From positions 10,106,001 through 10,170,000 of the forward strand of contig NC_135761.1 of NCBI RefSeq assembly GCF_052425735.1: a stretch of DNA of 64,000 bases, read 5' to 3'. The notes below the pieces were generated by a model, which ran no database searches, was not told where the DNA came from, and saw only the letters and a list, made by a program, of their open reading frames with translations. Numbering within the stretch: position 1 is the first letter of the stretch; each line of letters starts with the position of its first letter. This document shows, one piece after another, positions 37,401 to 49,829 of the stretch. The position numbers and the translations under genes were made by a program. The stretch comes from Oculina patagonica. Taxonomy: Eukaryota.

Positions 37401-39265
37401 GATTTCAAGAAAGTTCACCCTACTACTTTTATTACAATCACACTGTTTATGCCAACTTTACACCAACTTGTAACGGTGCATGGAATGGACTCTTACAATT
37501 AGACTACGAGCACGAGTTTGGAAGAAGCAATCAGATTCACGGATTTCCAACAGCGAGAATTATTAGCCGTGACACTAGCTTCGAATAGCAGCTGTCAAAT
37601 CTAACAGTGAGTGAGAAAAGTCCAATATGAATTCTGACCGCGATAAATTCTCAGAACTTATCAAGCTATATACAGTCATTTAATTACTCTCACCATTTTA
37701 GAGAAATATTCATTCCAATAACACTGGCGCAAAATAGACTGTTAACACTGCCACGCAATAAACGGACGAAGAAAAGTTCCTTTGAACCGCAATTTAAATG
37801 GAAAAAGAGGACATAGACCGCGATTTGAAATGAATAGGGACACTTGATTATCTCGTTAGAACAGACCCGTGTGCGTAATAGAATTGTTCCTTATCGGGTG
37901 ATAATTTTGTAACAATAGTTTAAGTATCGCAAAGTATTCAAAGTCGGCAGATAAAACAAGTATTAGTGTCAATTACTAATTTGGGAACTATTAAGGCGTG
38001 TTAATTTGGTAAAAATTACTTGAATACTTTTTTTTGATATTATACCAAACCGGGCTGAATAAACTTACAAGCCGGGAACATCGAAACTAAGACCAACGTT
38101 TTTTCCCGTTAAATTTTGGTTATAACGTAAGACACTAAAGTTCGATCCAAATGCGCGCTGCGGTAAATGATTCTTGCAGAAAGAAATCTTAGGAATAACA
38201 GTATCAATAAATTGTTAATGCGTGACTTTTTTTAACAAGCCAAATTCCTTTTAATTTACTAAGCAGCGCCTGTCAACTTTCCATAATTTCTGCATATCTA
38301 TTTTCTAACTTGTGCTTTAGATATATGCAATTAGACTAACTTCGATGCCATGAAATTATGCTTTTGTTCCTTAGACAGTAATTTGTTGTCTAAAACTTGG
38401 ACAATTAAACAAACTTTCAGGGAAAAACTGAAAAACAAAAAGCATCATTTACAGAGACTGATCGATGAAGCGGCGACTGGATCGGAATAATCCTAAACTC
38501 AAGCCACTCTCGCGCAAAAAAACTGAGAAACATGTCGGAAACGCAACTTAGTTTCATTTTCTTTGGAATGGAAAGAAGTGCAGTTGATGTCATAATATTC
38601 TCATATTTCGTTTGTTTTTCTAATCCACAAGTGGACATTTCTGTCGCCACTTTGAAAAAGGTTAGAGACCCCGTTTGGTTAAAAACTCGTGTAAAATATT
38701 GTTGTTGTCACAAGCAACTAACTGTTTCGAAATAACCTGAGTGGTTCACCAGACTTAACATGTTTTCAAAGGATCAAAGATATTATTAAGGTAAACGCAA
38801 GGCTCGGCACTTAATGAACTGAATGAATTGTTCGTTTAACGAATCGAAACGGAACGCCTCAAAACGCAATACGAAAACTACATCAATAAAGAATCTCTTT
38901 GTCGCGAAAATTTCAGTAGAGTAACGAAGAGAAAGTTACTCTCTAAATGTTTTACATTCCATCAAAGTTTAAATTGTAAGTCAAAATTTAATCGTGTTTA
39001 CCGTGCGATCAAGCATTAAATCTCAAAGCGTCCCTCTGATCCCAGCTCTTAACTCGATACCTTTAACCCCACAGGGAAAACGAATGACTAAAAGCGTGCC
39101 TACCTCCGATTCATTCTCTACTTTCTCTCTATGTTCTGCATCCTCGTAGTGAATTTCCTTGACCGCAAATAGCTGCGATGTTTTGCGGTTAACGCACTTC
39201 TTAACTTCAGCAAATGAGCCTTTCCCAATGAGTTCCTTTATCTCGTAAACGTCTTCGAACTTCAT
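31447..39265 (-). CDS. Ca2+/calmodulin-dependent protein kinase (CaMK family), about 403 aa, no CaMKII hub domain
   Basis: Exons 39265-39104, 36787-36572, 35859-35760, 34795-34665, 33813-33682, 32831-32656, 31741-31447, all GT-AG and in phase. [70 protein letters not shown] calmodulin-binding motif. Confidence 0.93.
31761..32080. mobile_element. TA-flanked Tc1/pogo-like MITE; similar types at about 30210-30557, 32092-32518, 40958-41135
   Basis: TACCGTAAACTTCCGGTTATAAGCCC ... GGGCTTATAACCGGAATTCTACGGT with internal ATAAGCCC repeats. Confidence 0.65.
32909..33264. mobile_element. Two adjacent TAG-terminated palindromic MITEs (about 32909-33059 and 33142-33264)
   Basis: TAGCCTGCGAGCAGGCTCTCT ... 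AGAGAGCCTGCTCGCAGGCTA in both copies. Confidence 0.75.
33872..33961. repeat. Compound (TTG/TGG/TAG)n microsatellite
   Basis: Directly visible trinucleotide runs next to the RTE fragment. Confidence 0.7.
33990..34445 (-). mobile_element. RTE-clade LINE 5' fragment (5' UTR plus endonuclease piece) in intron 4 of the active kinase
   Basis: [65 protein letters not shown]; 5' UTR motif CCCAAGCCCGGGTAAAAGGGGAGGGTTGGGCATGGGGCTAACAACCCCATCCCGTAAAA. Confidence 0.85.
36882..37265. mobile_element. TTAA-TSD MITE, reverse-complement relative of the copy starting at 3922
   Basis: TTAA|AGGAGCGATGTCA ... TGACATAGTCCCT|TTAA. Internal sequence matches 3930-4210 in reverse. Confidence 0.75.
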
Positions 39266-41553
39266 GGTTAACTCGGCCTGGAGCAATTAACCTTTCCACT
39301 ACGCTAACAAAAGGGTTTACGCGTTTCTACAGCTCCCTGGAAGAACCTTAGATATGCGCCGAAGTTTCGCCCTGTTCGTGGCGCGCAGTTCAGAAATCGT
39401 CAACTTTTCACATTTAGTGATTAATGCTTCAAGAATGCATGTATCGGAAACGGATCGAAGCCAAAGTTTACTCTGTTAGTGCAATGCCCGAATATATTAA
39501 CACGTCGATCTTTTGTGCACGTTAATGTTCGCCTATGATTGACTGACAAAGCCTTAAACAAAGATCAAAAGAGTTGTTTGTTAACTGAACAAACACGGTT
39601 GACAGAAAATGCCAAGATCGTTACCCGCTCAAACTAAAATTCCGTGATAGGGCTCGTTATAAAAACTACAACACTTCAGTCACAGTTTATTTTAGCCGTC
39701 CTTCAACGAAATGCTCTACAAACACCAAAAAGTATTTTTTGTGCTTTGAAAATGAGCGCGAGAAAATAATTCTCTTATAGCCGTCAATTGGTGTCGGCCC
39801 AAGTTTTGAAAGCCGACTCTAATTTGAATTTTATTACTTCATTCTTTTGTTCGGGCATCCAGCATAATTACTGATTTCTTTTTTTAATTTCCTCGCAATT
39901 TTTGATTGAACATACAAAGCTCGCTTTGAGCTGCCGCTGCCTGTTCTCAGTGCACGTAAAGTTGAAAACTGTTAACAAGTAGTTTTAAGTATTTAAAACT
40001 ACGAATTCTTCGCATGATCGGAATGGGTGATGACTCGAAAAAAAAAAAACAGGGCAAAATATAAGAATATATAACAGCTAGGCCACATTACAGGTTATAA
40101 ATAAAATAAGAATGACTGCAAAGTAGCAGCCTGCGTAGCAGGCGCATGTATAGTTTTGCGCACGTATGTGGCCGTCTCGCGCCTTTCGCGTTTCAAATGC
40201 GCGCTCAAAAACGAAAACGCCTACGCAGGCTAGAAAGTAGACAGGCTAACAACGTTTAAACGGTCGTTGTAGCCTACGAGCAGTGGTTTTGTCCGTCGAG
40301 TCTGAAGGAAAAAAAAAAACGCGAGCTGAAAAATTGCCGTGGGAACCCAAGATTTCCCACGGCCATTTTTTCACTCGAGCTTTTTTTTTTTCGCTTCACG
40401 CTCGACGGACTAAGAAAAAAGTGGGAGTGTTCGTAGTCTTAAAGCGGGTCTTAACCGCTTGTCGAGTTGATCAGGTTCATGCAAAAGCGAAGGACCTGGG
40501 ATCTAAACTTCGCTGGATCCCAGACCCTTGTCAGCCTACGCTCGAGCTCTACTAAAATCTACATTTTGGCGATTTTTGATTGGTCATAGCGCCTCAGTAT
40601 TAATCTGCACGTGCGTGAAACCCCTTGGTGAAGTCAGGATCCCCTTTTGGGACCCTATAAAGTAAAAAAAAAAAAAAAAATACATATCAGCTTTATAGCT
40701 ACAGTCGGGGAATTTTGTCTTCAAAACGAAATTGCTGTAAAGTTTTTATCTGATTCGTCGAGAAAATACGATCGCTTTTATTGGCTATAACATATTGCAC
40801 GACTAAAACCAAAGGAAACGCACAGAAAACTGTTATCTCAGGCCAATCGACTATATAATGTAAAAAGAAAAAATGAAAAAAGTCTGTGTAAGTATATAAG
40901 CAATGAAATACTCCTCTAGAGAATCAAGCAACGTTCAAAATGAACTTGAACTATAATACAGTGGAACCCCGATATAACGATCTTCGATTTAACGATATTC
41001 CCGATATAACGATGAATATGTTATGTCCCGGCAATAGCAAAATGTATGGGACGGAACCCCGATATAACGATTCCTCGATATAACGATATAATTTTACTGC
41101 CCCCTTGGCATATCGTTATATCGGGGTTCCGCTGTAGAATGAACTTTTGCCTCAGCAAAGGAACCTACAAAGAAAAGTAAACAATACGTGGAAAATAAAT
41201 GTTTCAACTTTATTGACGCTATTTCCATTGGATTGTACAGGTTTGTACGTGTATATGATGTAAAAAATATATAAAATAAAATTTCATACTGCATGTACCA
41301 CATGTACAATAACGTTGATTTCCTATGCAACGGCGGTCTTGTTTTGACTAATCACACTAAAATGTATCACCTCACCACCACTTTATGTAGTACAACAAAA
41401 AACTGACACGATTTGTCATTCATTCTTTCAATTTCCCTTCTTTACCTACTTAATCAATCATTTTGAACAATCATCTTTTGAATGTCTTGCAGTTTTGCAA
41501 AATGTATAGTGTAATCATATCTGTATGAATCAATCTGTTATTAATCTCAATGT

Positions 41554-42802
41554 CTAAAACTGCACTAGTGAAAAGCAAGGAGCAGGCACTTTGCTCCTTC
41601 CATTGAGTTCCAGCAGTTCAACTATCAGGACACATTGCAGCACCTCTCCACCAGCCTCACGCACCAGTTGACAAGCTGCTTGAAGGGTGCCTGTCAATAC
41701 GAATTAAGCAAAAGTTCAATTTTATTTCCTCATTCAAGTGGAGGGGGACAGGAGGGTGGAAGCCCAGGTGTAAAAAAGTTGGAGGTGGGAGAAGCATTTC
41801 TAAGGTGGTGGAGAAAATCAGGGACAGCGGAGCATTTTTTTCAAGTGTGTGGGAGGGGGGGGGGGGGGGCTGACCATTGAAGTCTTGAAGACTAAGTCTT
41901 TATTTTTTCGGAAATTCTGGGGGGGGGGGGGGGGGGGCTAAAGCCTCCCCAGCCCCCCGGCTCCGCCGTCCCTGAAATTACGTTATATTTTGTAAAAGAA
42001 ATGGGACAAAGAAGAGGTAACTACCTTATTATAGGAATATAACGAGGCATTTTAACAACACGAACAAATGTTACCCGTAATAAAATTAACGCGAATTTTT
42101 GAAATTCGCGTTAATAACATGTATCGTTAATTTCCTATAATAAGGTACTACAGAAAGGGACAGGGAGCAGGAGAAAAAGGTATGGGAACCAAGATTAAGA
42201 GGTAGGGGAAGAAGGGAGGTTAAGACCTCCTGTCCCTCTCCTCTTACATTCAAAGTACATTTTGGGTTAGGATCGTGCATCTGAGGGTAATGCCCACAGT
42301 ATGTATACCTGCCAACTTTTTCTGGGTGAAAGGCGTGAGATTTTTTATCCTGTGCCAGGATTTCCGAAGACGATACGACCATTTCCGAAGTTTTCCGAAG
42401 ACGTCCAAAGTATTTTGAAGACGTTCCGAACATATCTCGATCCCACTACGTTGAGGTGTTTTGCTAAACTCGACCTCGTTCGCAATGCTTTTCTTGTCAA
42501 ATTAAAACTCTGGGATTTCAGGGGAAAGTATCATCAGTTACTCATTTTACATGGAGTTTTCTTCCCTCACACTGGTTTGAGTTAGCATAATGTTATTCTT
42601 GGAAAGTGTGTCGGTTATGGTTATAATAACTCGCATTTTTCGACTAGGCGCGAGAAATTGGTTCGTTAGCGTGAGATCAAAGTTTTTAACTTGTAGGCGT
42701 GATACTCATGGCTAAGGCGTGAGAGTTGGCAGGTATAAGTATGTCACTGAGCTACATGAGCCATATTGATAGTGACAAACTGACATGATAATTTTTTGCC
42801 AT

Positions 42803-42834
<32 letters not shown>

Positions 42835-42841
42835 TGAGCAA

Positions 42842-42877
<36 letters not shown>

Positions 42878-42878
42878 A

Positions 42879-42914
<36 letters not shown>

Positions 42915-45900
42915 GAAACTCTAAAGGATTGCAGTCCAAAACCTACAATATTGTGCACTTTGAAGACAAAAATTAAGAAAATTTACCACTTAAAAAGCTA
43001 CTCGCGCGCGCGACTGTTTTCTATCGACGAATAGAAAACAGTGGGAGAACCAATCAGATTCGCGGATTTCCAATAGAACACAGCTGAGTTTCTACTAAAA
43101 GGCATTAAACAAAGGGGCAAAAAATTAAAGAGGCCTCTGCGAAGGAGAGTGGGGGAGTAACTTGCAATATTTTAGCATCCCATCCAGGGGGTAGCAATAC
43201 CCCTGACCACTCCATGTTATAGTGCTAGAAACCATAATTAAACACTGCAAGCTATGAGCCAGTTGGGCTTAAAAGGCCGTACTTTTACTTATTTCCAGTT
43301 TCTGTAGCATGATTAAGCAGCTAGTATTACTACTCCCCCTGGCTGGGATGCTAGTCCATCACTAGTTTCTCCCTAGCATTCTGTCATGTTAAGTATTTAC
43401 GTTTAGATATGCTTGAATCTCGTTTTTTTTTTCCTTGTTTTTTTTCTTTTCCTTTTAGCCGATACATTAATGTATATTTAAAATGACCGCTTTTCAATCG
43501 TTTCCTATGTTGTATCATTTTTTCCTTGTTCTATGTGTATTTAAGTTTATTTTTGCTAACATTGATGTTATTTTACACCGTTATATACTCTGTTTGTATT
43601 ATTTTGAGTGTCAATAAAGTATTAATTAAAAAAAAAAATCTGTCATGTTGCCCCAACAACTTGCCAGTACCCATTAATTATACCTAGGACTGAGTGGGGA
43701 AAGGCTCTGTGAGAGTAAAGTTTCTGGCCCAAGAACACAACAAAATGACCCTCACCAGGTCTCAAACCCAGCCTACTTGACCTGGAGTCCAGTGCACTCA
43801 CCATTTGGCCACTAACTGGGGCTCTCAGTAATAAACCAAGGATATAAACAGAGGCAGCAGAAAGTTTTGAAACTTGGGGGGGGGGGGGGGTCCATGGTGC
43901 TCCAAGCCAAGCACATCCCCCCAGGTGCGCATTACTATACTCAAGATTCCAACATTGTCCAGTGTGTCCGTAATCGATATTTTGTGACAATGGGAATAAA
44001 CTAGGCAGTTCAGGGTGCTTCATAGTACTTTTTGGGTTGTTCTTTAGATGCCAGAAGACAGAAAATGTACGCCCTGAAGTCGCCAATGCCTGTCAAATAC
44101 AATCTTAACAGATTGTGGACCTCTCCTAATAGCGCTTTAGGGAAAAGAATTTCGCTGAAAGTTCTAATAACACCACATTATCCTACCAAGCACGATCCTG
44201 ATAAAACGATTTGTGTCTTGACCTACCGCCTTGGCTCCGCTGCCTATGATGAAGCATTCTTTTTTATCCACTTAAGCATTTTAGTATAAAATAATATAAT
44301 TATTTGGAGAGTGACAAGTGACATCTGCTTGTCCATGCTACCTAAAAGGGGAATGCATCATGTAATACAGAAGCACATATGTATTTCTCTGTAGTACCTA
44401 TGAAAGTAGTGTTGCATGTAATAAAATATAATAAAGTATCTAAACTCACCCCCAGTTGCTAGAAGGTCATCAAGTACGACAACTTTTTGTCCTTTTTCGA
44501 TGGCATCTGCTTGCATCTCAAGAACATCCTTTAAAGAAACCTTATTATTAAAACTTGCACTTCTAATCTGAGATGATCATTTTATCACATTCATATACAT
44601 CCGCCGTTCATATATGAATCAATTCATGTACAGTATGTTACATCATTCCACTCCTCTCACAGGAAAATATGAATTCGCAATATTTATTGACCTTGCTCCC
44701 AATGTGTAGCTTCATAGGTCAGTTGGTAGAGCGTCGCACTGGTATCGCAGAGGTCACGAGTTTGAATCCCGTTGAAGCCCTGGATTTTTTTTCAGGCTTC
44801 TTTATTTCAATTGCTTAAATTGGAAATTCACTGCGATGATCATTTATCAATTTCATATACATCCACAGTTTATATATGAATCATTTCATAGACACAATTT
44901 ACATCAATGCAGCATAAGCAAAAAAAAAAAAAAAAAACAGATACTCACTTTTCCATATTCTTTTGTAGATGAAACCTTGACTGTAGGTCCAGGTAGTTTT
45001 CCCGACTTGCGTACTAGAAGAAAGGGCACATTAAGACTCATTGACAAAAGAGGACCAAACAAAAACCCTCTGGCATCAAGACCTGCAAAATACAAGATGA
45101 GAAAAAAAAAAATAAACACTGAATGATATATTAGCTAATAAACTCTTACTGTAGCAATTGGAAGACTGACTATTTGAGTTAAGTTTCATCTGATCTGAAG
45201 TTAAACTGTCACTAAATTTTCCTAGGCCTCTGTCTACCTTCATCGGAGTAAAACAATGATGTTTGTTAACACACTCCAGTTAAGTTTGTTTGAATAAGCC
45301 AGCGGATTTTTAATTTCTAAGAAGTGGAGTAAGTGTATGCAGGTGGCTTTCTTTCATTAACCTTATTGGAATCCACCATTGAGTGCCATGACTCTTAAGA
45401 GTCTTTTGGTGTAACTTGTGACTACTGAATGATTACCCAATTCCTGTTGGCATTCCTGTGAACTACAGTATAGGTATACCTGTGTTGTTGGTATCCCTGT
45501 CGTGTAAAGGTTTCAATGTTTGTTGCATTTCTGCTGTCTATGACAGTATACTGAAGGTACATGAAAAAGGTTAACGTATACCAGCAATAAGATTATAGTT
45601 TCCTGTTTGCAAGTCTGAAAACTGCAAATTAGGAGGGCAAGAATTTACTAAAAAAAGTAATGAACAATGCAAGAGAGTTTTAACACTTACCAACAATAGC
45701 ATCAATCTTTGGGAAGTTTTTTCGTAAATGATCTGTTAGAAGATCTGTCACTGTTCTCAAAGCATTACAGTCTTTTAAAACTGGGCAAATGTCCCTAAAG
45801 AAAGAAACATTTACCACTTATAATGATACTAGTATAAACTTGAAACCCAAACACCCAAATTATATTACAGACAAAGAATTACTTCTGTAACATTTGACCT

Positions 45901-48433
45901 GATTTTATTTTTTGCCTAAGACTAGACGATTGCAATGCCTAGTTCTCTTACTTCAAACATTTGTTCTTGACATTCATTAGTAGAGTCAACTCTCTTTAAA
46001 ATGGACACTGTCGGGACTGGCCCCAACTTTCCGTCTTAGAGAGGTGTGCATTTTATAGGGAGTTTAGTTACAGTAACAGCCCAGTCAAAATGTGCCGGCA
46101 TCCTGCAATTTTGCCGCCTACAACGAAACATCTGCCGCCTACTACACACTAAAGTTCATTAATTTAATAAATCAGGTTTAAGTTTTAACTTTGCCATAAA
46201 ATCAGTCATACAATAAATTAATGTTAAAACAACAATTATTTGATCTTGTTTTGCTTTTATCACGAGAAATATAAACCAAAACACATCAACAAAGTTACTC
46301 TCCGCTTATAGTACAGTCAAGAACAGCCATATTTGAAAATTACCCCATGATGCAAAGCAAACTGTTGAAAGAATGTACATCATGTGTGCTGATGGATTGT
46401 GTCTCTGCAGGCAACTTAACTTAAATTTACCACTACAGTACACTGAAACTGCACAATAAGCTTTAGGTATACCTATTATACAGACTGAGATAATCAACTT
46501 TTAAACCTTTTTTATATGTTTTACAGCAAGGCGCCCAAAAGTGTGACCACTTTTAATTTATTATCACATTCTTTCGTGCAGATTTAATCCAATCAGAAGT
46601 CAACTGCAAGCTATCCACGGCTTTTGATTGAATTAAATTTGCAAGGAAGAATGTGAATAAATTAAAAGTGGTCACACTTTTGGGCGCCTTGCTGTAAACC
46701 TCATTTCTGTCAAAACAATAGCGACCTTCAGATTGTACTACGAGTACGAGATTGAGTACGAGTACGAGTTTTAAAACCAAATTTGTGTGCCTCCTATAGT
46801 CACTTATCACACCAATCTTATCCCTAACGTTTGTTTATGTGTTAGTCAGCAACAGGGAAGAGTTATAGTTTGGGGGATACAATCGTGTCGAAATTCCAAA
46901 GTCGTACTCGTACTCGATCTCGTAGTCAAATCTGAAGGTTGCTAATTACTTTCTCAGCAATTTGCCAGGTTGTCCTAACTCATTGGTACCTATTATACTC
47001 CTGGGGGGATAGAGGCATTGCAAGAGTAAAGTGTCTTGTCCAAGAACAAAACACAGTGATCCTGGTAATCGCTCCAAGCTGGACTGCTCAATTTGAAGTC
47101 CAGTGCATTAACCACAAGGCTACCCTTTACGTCCCACTGCAGGATGGGCCACTTCATTGATGATGGGTTTTAATCAATTCAAGATAATATTGTTTTTTTA
47201 AAGGCAGAAATTTTACTGCAAACCTGAGGTCACATCTTACACTATAATACAGCAAAATCTTGATTTTTATGAACACTTGATTTCTTTAACTTTCTTCGTA
47301 ATAACTTGAAACAAAAGTCATTCCCTTGGATTTGCTTTTCTCAGTGAAACACTGCAATTTTAACCTCCAATTTCCAACTCCCCGATTTCTTTAGATTACG
47401 GATTAGGAGACAACAAGTTTATTTCCTAACAATAAAAGTATCCCGAATATCATGATGCTTCACATAGCACATTTATCTCTACCACATGATCAAACCTTCA
47501 TGCTCAAGGGAAATAAAAAAGGTTTGAATTATCAGGAGTTCAAGTTATCGAGGGTAAAATTAGTAAGAAAATGGGGGTTCGAGTTATTGGGATTGAACTG
47601 TGACCATTGTTTTGTGTAATGAATGTTCTGGCTGCTGAATCTGTGTTTCAAGAAGAATAAGAATATATTGCAGTCTTGACATGTACAAGCAGTTCTGACA
47701 AGAAATCTCCGGTGTCATGACTTACTGAAAGGCCAACAAAAATTTTTTATTGACATTCCCCTGAGAATGTCGAGTTACATGTATATGATTTCTGTCTGAT
47801 ATTAACAGGAGATCTCATTTTCATTGGGAAAGGGTTCATTTGGGGGGAGGGGGATTATTGGAAATGCATTATATACACACTCAGTATACAGGATATACTG
47901 GCTGTGAAGTTTCTTTTTGAAAAGCATACCCTCTTTTATAATCTGACAAAATAATCAAAAACTCTACTAGTAACTTCATTAGAATTTTTAACCAAAACGG
48001 CTCAAAAGCCATAACCCATACCGGTCCCCATACCCACTTCGGCCAGCCCGGCCATGCCTATTATAACTGCAGATAATAGCATACAGCCCTCACTGGCCAG
48101 CTTCCAACCCTCTCGGTATTAATTTATTTCCACTTATTAGTTATACCTCTTAGCAAAGGCAATCTTGAAGTCTCGCCACAGTTAAAGAATTTTCGAACGT
48201 TTAACAACGGGAAAATTTCCGCCACTGCAAAGAACTGTAGAACTTTTCGAGCACACGATCAGCCGGTTTTGATAGGTTCGCGTTTTGCACGAGCGGGCTG
48301 CGCGCCCCGATTTATACAAACCAACTCACCTGAACAGAACTCCAGGTAAAGGGAAATCTGGGAAAGGTCTGATAAGCGATTTAACGTATTCTAGCGCCTT
48401 TTCCTGATCGCTGTAATTCCCCGATTCTGCCAT
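41554..48433 (-). CDS. APRT: Adenine phosphoribosyltransferase, copy A (canonical), 185 aa
   Basis: Exons 48433-48330, 45794-45691, 45082-44949, 44528-44450, 41690-41554, all [40 protein letters not shown] loop, PRPP motif [22 protein letters not shown]. Confidence 0.95.
44568..44889 (+). mobile_element. tRNA-containing repeat with about 60-bp terminal direct repeats, in APRT-A intron 3
   Basis: Direct repeats at 44568-44627 and 44831-44889; tRNA-like core GCTTCATAGGTCAGTTGGTAGAGCG..CTGGTATC..GTTTGAATCCCGTTGAAGCC; absent from the 99-nt APRT-B intron 3. Confidence 0.7.
46522..46944. mobile_element. Two palindromic MITEs in APRT-A intron 1 (about 46522-46697 and 46719-46944)
   Basis: TTACAGCAAGGCGCCCAAAAGTGTGACCACTTTTAATTTATT inverted repeat; TAGCGACCTTCAGATT ... 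AATCTGAAGGTTGCTA. Confidence 0.7.
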
Positions 48434-48512
48434 GTCGAAACAGAGCCACAAGGTAAGGTAGGTACGTCATGTATGGGGACATATTGTGTACCGGACCTAT
48501 GAGTACATAAAT

Positions 48513-48629
48513 ATCTGTAGTAGCTGTAGTATCAGTACTTGCGTTATCTGTAGTAGCTGTAGTACTTGTAGTATATGTAGTAACTGTAGTAACTGTAGTA
48601 CTTGTAGTATCTATAGTATCTGTAGTATC
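48513..48629. repeat. 9-bp minisatellite (TGTAGTAnC-like)n
   Basis: About 12 imperfect units such as tgtagtagc, tgtagtaac, tgtagtatc, upstream of the APRT-A start. Confidence 0.8.
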
Positions 48630-48752
48630 TAACCTACCCAAGGTAACTTGTAGACCGGATTCTTTGTTCCGTGGGCTCATTTTTTTCAAACTCATGTTTC
48701 ACCCCCACCCACAGCGTCCACGCAGCGTCCTCCCGATTCGCCACCAGCTTCC

Positions 48753-48822
48753 CAACCTCTCCCAGCCTCGTCCCCACGGCCTTCTCGGCCGCCATTTTGA
48801 AAAGGCCCTGGGGACGAGGTTG
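48753..48822. mobile_element. Same-family tiny MITE with 9-bp TSD upstream of APRT-A
   Basis: CCAGCTTCC at 48744-48752 and 48823-48831; right end CCCTGGGGACGAGGTTG. Confidence 0.75.
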
Positions 48823-49829
48823 CCAGCTTCCCGGGGCTCCGGACTCCCTGACCTCCAGTTCTTCTTCTTCTTCCTTTTTTCCCTATATCTTAAAGCTTAT
48901 TTTCGTTTTCAAAGTTTCCAATGAGCATCCCCACCACTGCAATGACCCTGGTCTTGAAATAGTTTATTTAAGTACTCACGGTGGGGAGGGGTGGTAGAAA
49001 AATTTTATTAGTGTGGACCATTACTCTTTGTATAGAAGGCCGAATTTGAAATGGTTATTTTTCTCGAGAAAAGTTATTTGTACATAGCCGTGAACCGTAT
49101 CGTTTTTTTTAAATGAGAATACGAATGACTGTTTCATTCTCACTACTGTAACAGGGTACCGTGATTTTTCTCCCTCTAATAAATTATTCAGTCAGCGTAG
49201 TTTGAGTACATTTCTCTTTAATTGATGTATTTTAATATTTTGTTTTTATTTTTTTAATTTTTGTAAATAAAGTAATAAATAAAGGAACGAAAAAAGCTTT
49301 AAACACGACTACATTGTGAATTACGTGACCAGCGTATGGCCGTGACTATGGTATCTGCCCCAGTCACCAACTCCAAAAGGTGCGATTTTTTATACGTAAC
49401 GTGAAATGGCCATTTTTTAAAAAAAAAAAAACGGGGAACTGTTTTTTATCAACTTTGGGAGTATGAAAACTTTAGGGAGAGCAACTGGGAACTGGGGGGG
49501 GAGGGGGAGGGGGGGGGGCGAGCAACTGCCCGTCGATCCTGCGCCCTCGCTTGGTTCAGCTGGACATGCTTCTATACACTGGTTCAATGACTCGTCCTAT
49601 AAGTAATTACAGCATTTCTACGCCGACGCTTAACACATATTTGGTGTCAGGTTCCCCAAGAGTTCTGCTTCCTCCTTACACATATTGAGAAATATTTGAG
49701 GTATAGGAGCCCTCAGCCGGCGGGGGCGTACGAAATAAGAGAAAGACCCACCGCTCTCCCTTCTAATAAATATATAAAAAAATAAATATAAAAGACAAAA
49801 AGAAAACCCAGTAAATAGAAAAAATAATT

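Noticed and set aside
43643-44110. Acceptor-like sequence resembling the APRT exon-5 acceptor plus a 147-aa ORF (alternative last exon?)
   Set aside because: The in-phase translation has no APRT similarity and the ORF runs into a SINE; no further support.
44709-44780. Possible tRNA-Thr(GGT) gene
   Set aside because: It is embedded in a repeat with terminal direct repeats and has an imperfect T-arm/B-box, so it is treated as tRNA-derived mobile DNA. The SINE heads elsewhere were rejected as tRNAs for the same reason.
48381-48695. 104-aa Thr-rich ORF overlapping the APRT-A start
   Set aside because: It is the translation of the 9-bp minisatellite and is out of frame with APRT.
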